Below, in pieces: positions 61,367 to 64,000 of a stretch of 64,000 nt of DNA; within the stretch, counting starts at the first letter, position 1, and every line of letters begins with the position of its first letter. Source of the DNA: an uncultured delta proteobacterium (lineage in GTDB: Bacteria; Myxococcota_A; Polyangia; Fen-1088); NCBI GenBank assembly GCA_963737265.1, contig CAVTRY010000011.1:480001-544000 (forward strand), written 5' to 3'. The notes beneath the pieces were generated by a model that saw nothing but the letters and a program-made list of their open reading frames with translations, was not told the DNA's origin and did not search any database. The position numbers were made by a program, and so were the translations under genes.

Positions 61367-62707
61367 ATGAAGTGTTCGTTGTGCTGTCGTTCAAGTCTTT
61401 GGGCCGGCGCTGCATTGGCCACTCTGCTCGCGGCCAGTTGCACATCGAACACCGCCAGCATCACCGGTACCGGTGGCGCGACTGCATCAGGGGGAGGAAG
61501 CGGCGGCGGTGCTGGCGGGCAACTTCTCGGATCCGGTGGAGCGACTTCGTCTGGCGGAACCGCCGCGAGCACGAGAGGAGGCAATGGCAGCGGGGGAAAG
61601 AGTGGCACCGCGGGAGCGACGGGCAACGGCGGGGCGTCAGCCGCCGGGGGCATGACCGCCGCCGGGGGCGCGGCGGCTGCGAGCGGAGGAGCGGGCTTGG
61701 CCACTGGCGGCAAAGCCGGAACCGGCGGGGCCGGTCGCGGCGGCTCGACGGGTGCAGGCGGCATGATATCGGCTGGCGGCGCAACCGGCACCGGGAACGC
61801 TGGCGGTACGGGAACGACGTGTCCATTGCCGAAGACCTTCAAATGGACATCGACGGGCCCGCTCGCGACGCCACAGAACGGGTCGCTCGCGCTCAAGGAC
61901 TTCACCAACGTCGTCTACAATAGCCAGCACATCGTCTACTTCACGACGGTCGGTAGTTCAGGGAACTGGGGCGGCGGCATGGTGACTTTCGCCGATTGGC
62001 CTGACATGGCCACGGCCACCCAGCACGCGTTGCCCATGGGATCCGTTGCGCCGACCCTGATCTATTTCACCCCGAAGAGCACATGGGTGCTGACCTACCA
62101 GTGGGGCTTCCAGTACGCGACATCGTCCGACCCCACGGACCCGACGAAGTGGTCGGGCGGCAAGACGCTCCTCAACGGCGGCCCACCGACTGCCCTCGAC
62201 CAAACGTTCATCTGCGACGGCACGACCTGTTATCTATTCTTCGCCGGGGACAACGGCAGCATCTATCGGTCATCGATGCCAATCGGCAATTATCCGGGCA
62301 CCTTCAACGGCTACCAGACGGTCATGACCGACACCGCGGCCAACCTGTTCGAGGCGGTGGAGGTCTACACGGTGAAGGGGGCGAACCAGTATCTTTTGAT
62401 TATCGAGGCGGCGGGCAGTGCAGGAAGGTATTTCCGATCCTTTACCGCGACCGATCTCGCAGGTTCGTGGACTCCGCTGGCAGCGACCGAGAGCAATCCG
62501 TTCGCCGGCAAGGCCAATGTCACCTTCACCGGCGCGGCCTGGACCCATGACATCAGCCACGGGGACCTGGTTCGCAACAATCCCGACGAGACGCAGACTG
62601 TCGACCCGTGCAATTTGCAATTTCTCTATCAGGGGGACGCCCCCACGTCTGGTCTTCAATACTTCCAGGTCCCGTACCGCCCGGGCGTGCTCACGCTCGT
62701 TCAATAG
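61367..62707 (+). CDS. GH62 alpha-L-arabinofuranosidase, lipoprotein with Gly-rich linker
   Basis: FKWTSTGPL, LKDFT, APTLIYF, YLFFAGDNG, LFEAVEVY, DISHGDLVR, LQFLYQG, PYRPGVLTL. Confidence 0.92.
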   Translation: MKCSLCCRSSLWAGAALATLLAASCTSNTASITGTGGATASGGGSGGGAGGQLLGSGGATSSGGTAASTRGGNGSGGKSGTAGATGNGGASAAGGMTAAGGAAAASGGAGLATGGKAGTGGAGRGGSTGAGGMISAGGATGTGNAGGTGTTCPLPKTFKWTSTGPLATPQNGSLALKDFTNVVYNSQHIVYFTTVGSSGNWGGGMVTFADWPDMATATQHALPMGSVAPTLIYFTPKSTWVLTYQWGFQYATSSDPTDPTKWSGGKTLLNGGPPTALDQTFICDGTTCYLFFAGDNGSIYRSSMPIGNYPGTFNGYQTVMTDTAANLFEAVEVYTVKGANQYLLIIEAAGSAGRYFRSFTATDLAGSWTPLAATESNPFAGKANVTFTGAAWTHDISHGDLVRNNPDETQTVDPCNLQFLYQGDAPTSGLQYFQVPYRPGVLTLVQ

Positions 62708-62923
62708 TGGGTCCTGGCCACCGAGGAATGGAGGAGCTAGATGAACCGTTGGATCCACGCCCCAGCCCGGCGCCTTGCGCACAGACTCCAAAGAAAGGAC
62801 CCTGGGAGGGTTCTTTCAAACTCCCGCAGTAAGTGCAGTCGGGCGAGGCCCGCCTGCACTCGCGCGCTCTGCGACGGCAGCACCACCCCGTCGGCGGTCA
62901 TCTCGGCCTTGCCACGGATTCGG

Positions 62924-64000
62924 GTGCGCAACTTCAGGTTGGCAGGACTGCCGTTGTCGGTCGCGGCAGCGTTGCTGATGATCTGCGGATGCGGTTCGTC
63001 CAACAATGATGCCCACAACGCGGGGGGCGGAGGGACGGCTGGAAGTGGCGGTGCCGGCGCAATTGGCACCGGCGGTGGGAGTGGCGCTGCAGGCACGGGC
63101 GGCAGTGCAAGCGTGGGCGGTAGCGTGGGCACGGGTGGCGTCGCAGCTGCGGGCGGGACGCCAGCCGCGGGCGGCGCAACGGCGACGGGCGGCGCAGGCA
63201 CGGGTGGCCGTGCAAGCACCGGCGGAGCCGTAGGTACGGGCGGCGCAGGCACTGGCGGCGGCGCAAGCACAGGCGGAGTGCCAGGCACGGGCGGCGCAGG
63301 CACCGGCGGCGGCGCAGGCACCGGCGGCGGCGCAAGCACAGGCGGAGCGCCGGGCGCGGGCGGCGCAGGCACCGGCGGCGGCACAAGCACAGGCGGAGCG
63401 CCAGGCGCGGACGGAGCCGGGGGCGCTCCAGACCCGGCCCTCGAAACGATTGTGGTGCCAGGAGGCACCGGAGTCGGAGTCTCCAAGACCTCGCTCGACA
63501 ATGGCGAGCTTTTCTTGCTTCGCGCGAGCGGCACCGTCGATTTCGGTGGGACGACGATAGATGCGGAGTTCGGCGGTTTTGCCACCGGCACGGACGGCAC
63601 CGATTCCGTCGGGAACGTCGACGTGGGCGTTGATTTCGGGCTCCAGACCGTTCGCTCGGCGGTGACCCCCCCTACTGTCCCACGCATGAAGTGGTTCGGC
63701 GCCTATCGCAGCGACCATGTCTACTACATCATTGTGAACGGAGTAGGTAAACCGCTTTCTCTCAAGCTGCTCCCGCCTACGGCAACGGCCGGATCGGGCG
63801 GCATCACGATATCGCTTTATCGGCTTTCACCCACGCTGCAGACCGTCGGGAAGGTGGTCGACACAGTGATGGCTCCGCTGACCGAGACGACGGTCAAGAG
63901 CGCCATCTCAACGACCCAAAGCACGCTCTACCTCCTGCAATGCAATGGCGAGGGCGCTGTCAGCCCGTGGGGACCGGGCGACGCCGACTATATGGACTAT
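62924..64000 (+). CDS. Lipoprotein with Gly/Ala/Thr repeat linker, runs off window
   Basis: Leader ...LLMICGC; GGAGTGGGASTGG repeats at about 63180-63425; frame open to the end; alternative start at 62741. Confidence 0.7.
   Translation, partial: MRNFRLAGLPLSVAAALLMICGCGSSNNDAHNAGGGGTAGSGGAGAIGTGGGSGAAGTGGSASVGGSVGTGGVAAAGGTPAAGGATATGGAGTGGRASTGGAVGTGGAGTGGGASTGGVPGTGGAGTGGGAGTGGGASTGGAPGAGGAGTGGGTSTGGAPGADGAGGAPDPALETIVVPGGTGVGVSKTSLDNGELFLLRASGTVDFGGTTIDAEFGGFATGTDGTDSVGNVDVGVDFGLQTVRSAVTPPTVPRMKWFGAYRSDHVYYIIVNGVGKPLSLKLLPPTATAGSGGITISLYRLSPTLQTVGKVVDTVMAPLTETTVKSAISTTQSTLYLLQCNGEGAVSPWGPGDADYMDY

Noticed and set aside
63180-63425. Tandem GC-rich repeats as a non-coding array
   Set aside because: In-frame units encoding a Gly/Ala/Thr linker; no unique spacers
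1-64000. CRISPR array, rRNA, tRNA, riboswitch
   Set aside because: No regularly spaced repeat-spacer array or recognisable RNA gene seen by eye; a covariance search was not possible

Overview
GC-rich bacterial chromosome segment. The gene content (Ser/Thr kinases, ECF/FecR/vWA cassette, Cys-rich and Gly-linker lipoproteins) points to Myxococcota/Polyangia, and hydF, rubredoxin and a flavodiiron protein hint at an anaerobic lifestyle. A 28-bp dif-like XerCD site at 2216-2243 suggests the replication terminus. Left to right: signalling genes, gmd-fcl, ComEC-like MBL + DUF3006, a LysM/PG-binding + lysozyme-like gene pair, an intact IS3 (GTC target duplication) interrupting a secreted-protein gene, a kinase cassette, a PaeR7I/XhoI-type R-M system next to an MntA/HepT pair, cstA, and a 578-bp transposase-free element (23-bp terminal inverted repeats, 9-bp target duplication) carrying only a GxxExxY gene. 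Then an ECF cassette, atypical hisG, paaK-ACT-aminotransferase, an apparently exported AmmeMemoRadiSam operon, aspA-hydF, rubredoxin-fprA, a kdpFABC locus apparently driven by sigma-54 with a split KdpD, and GH62/Gly-linker lipoproteins. Many genes carry single-base frameshifts that look like long-read errors, so those coordinates are approximate. All calls come from motif recognition by eye; no database searches were run.
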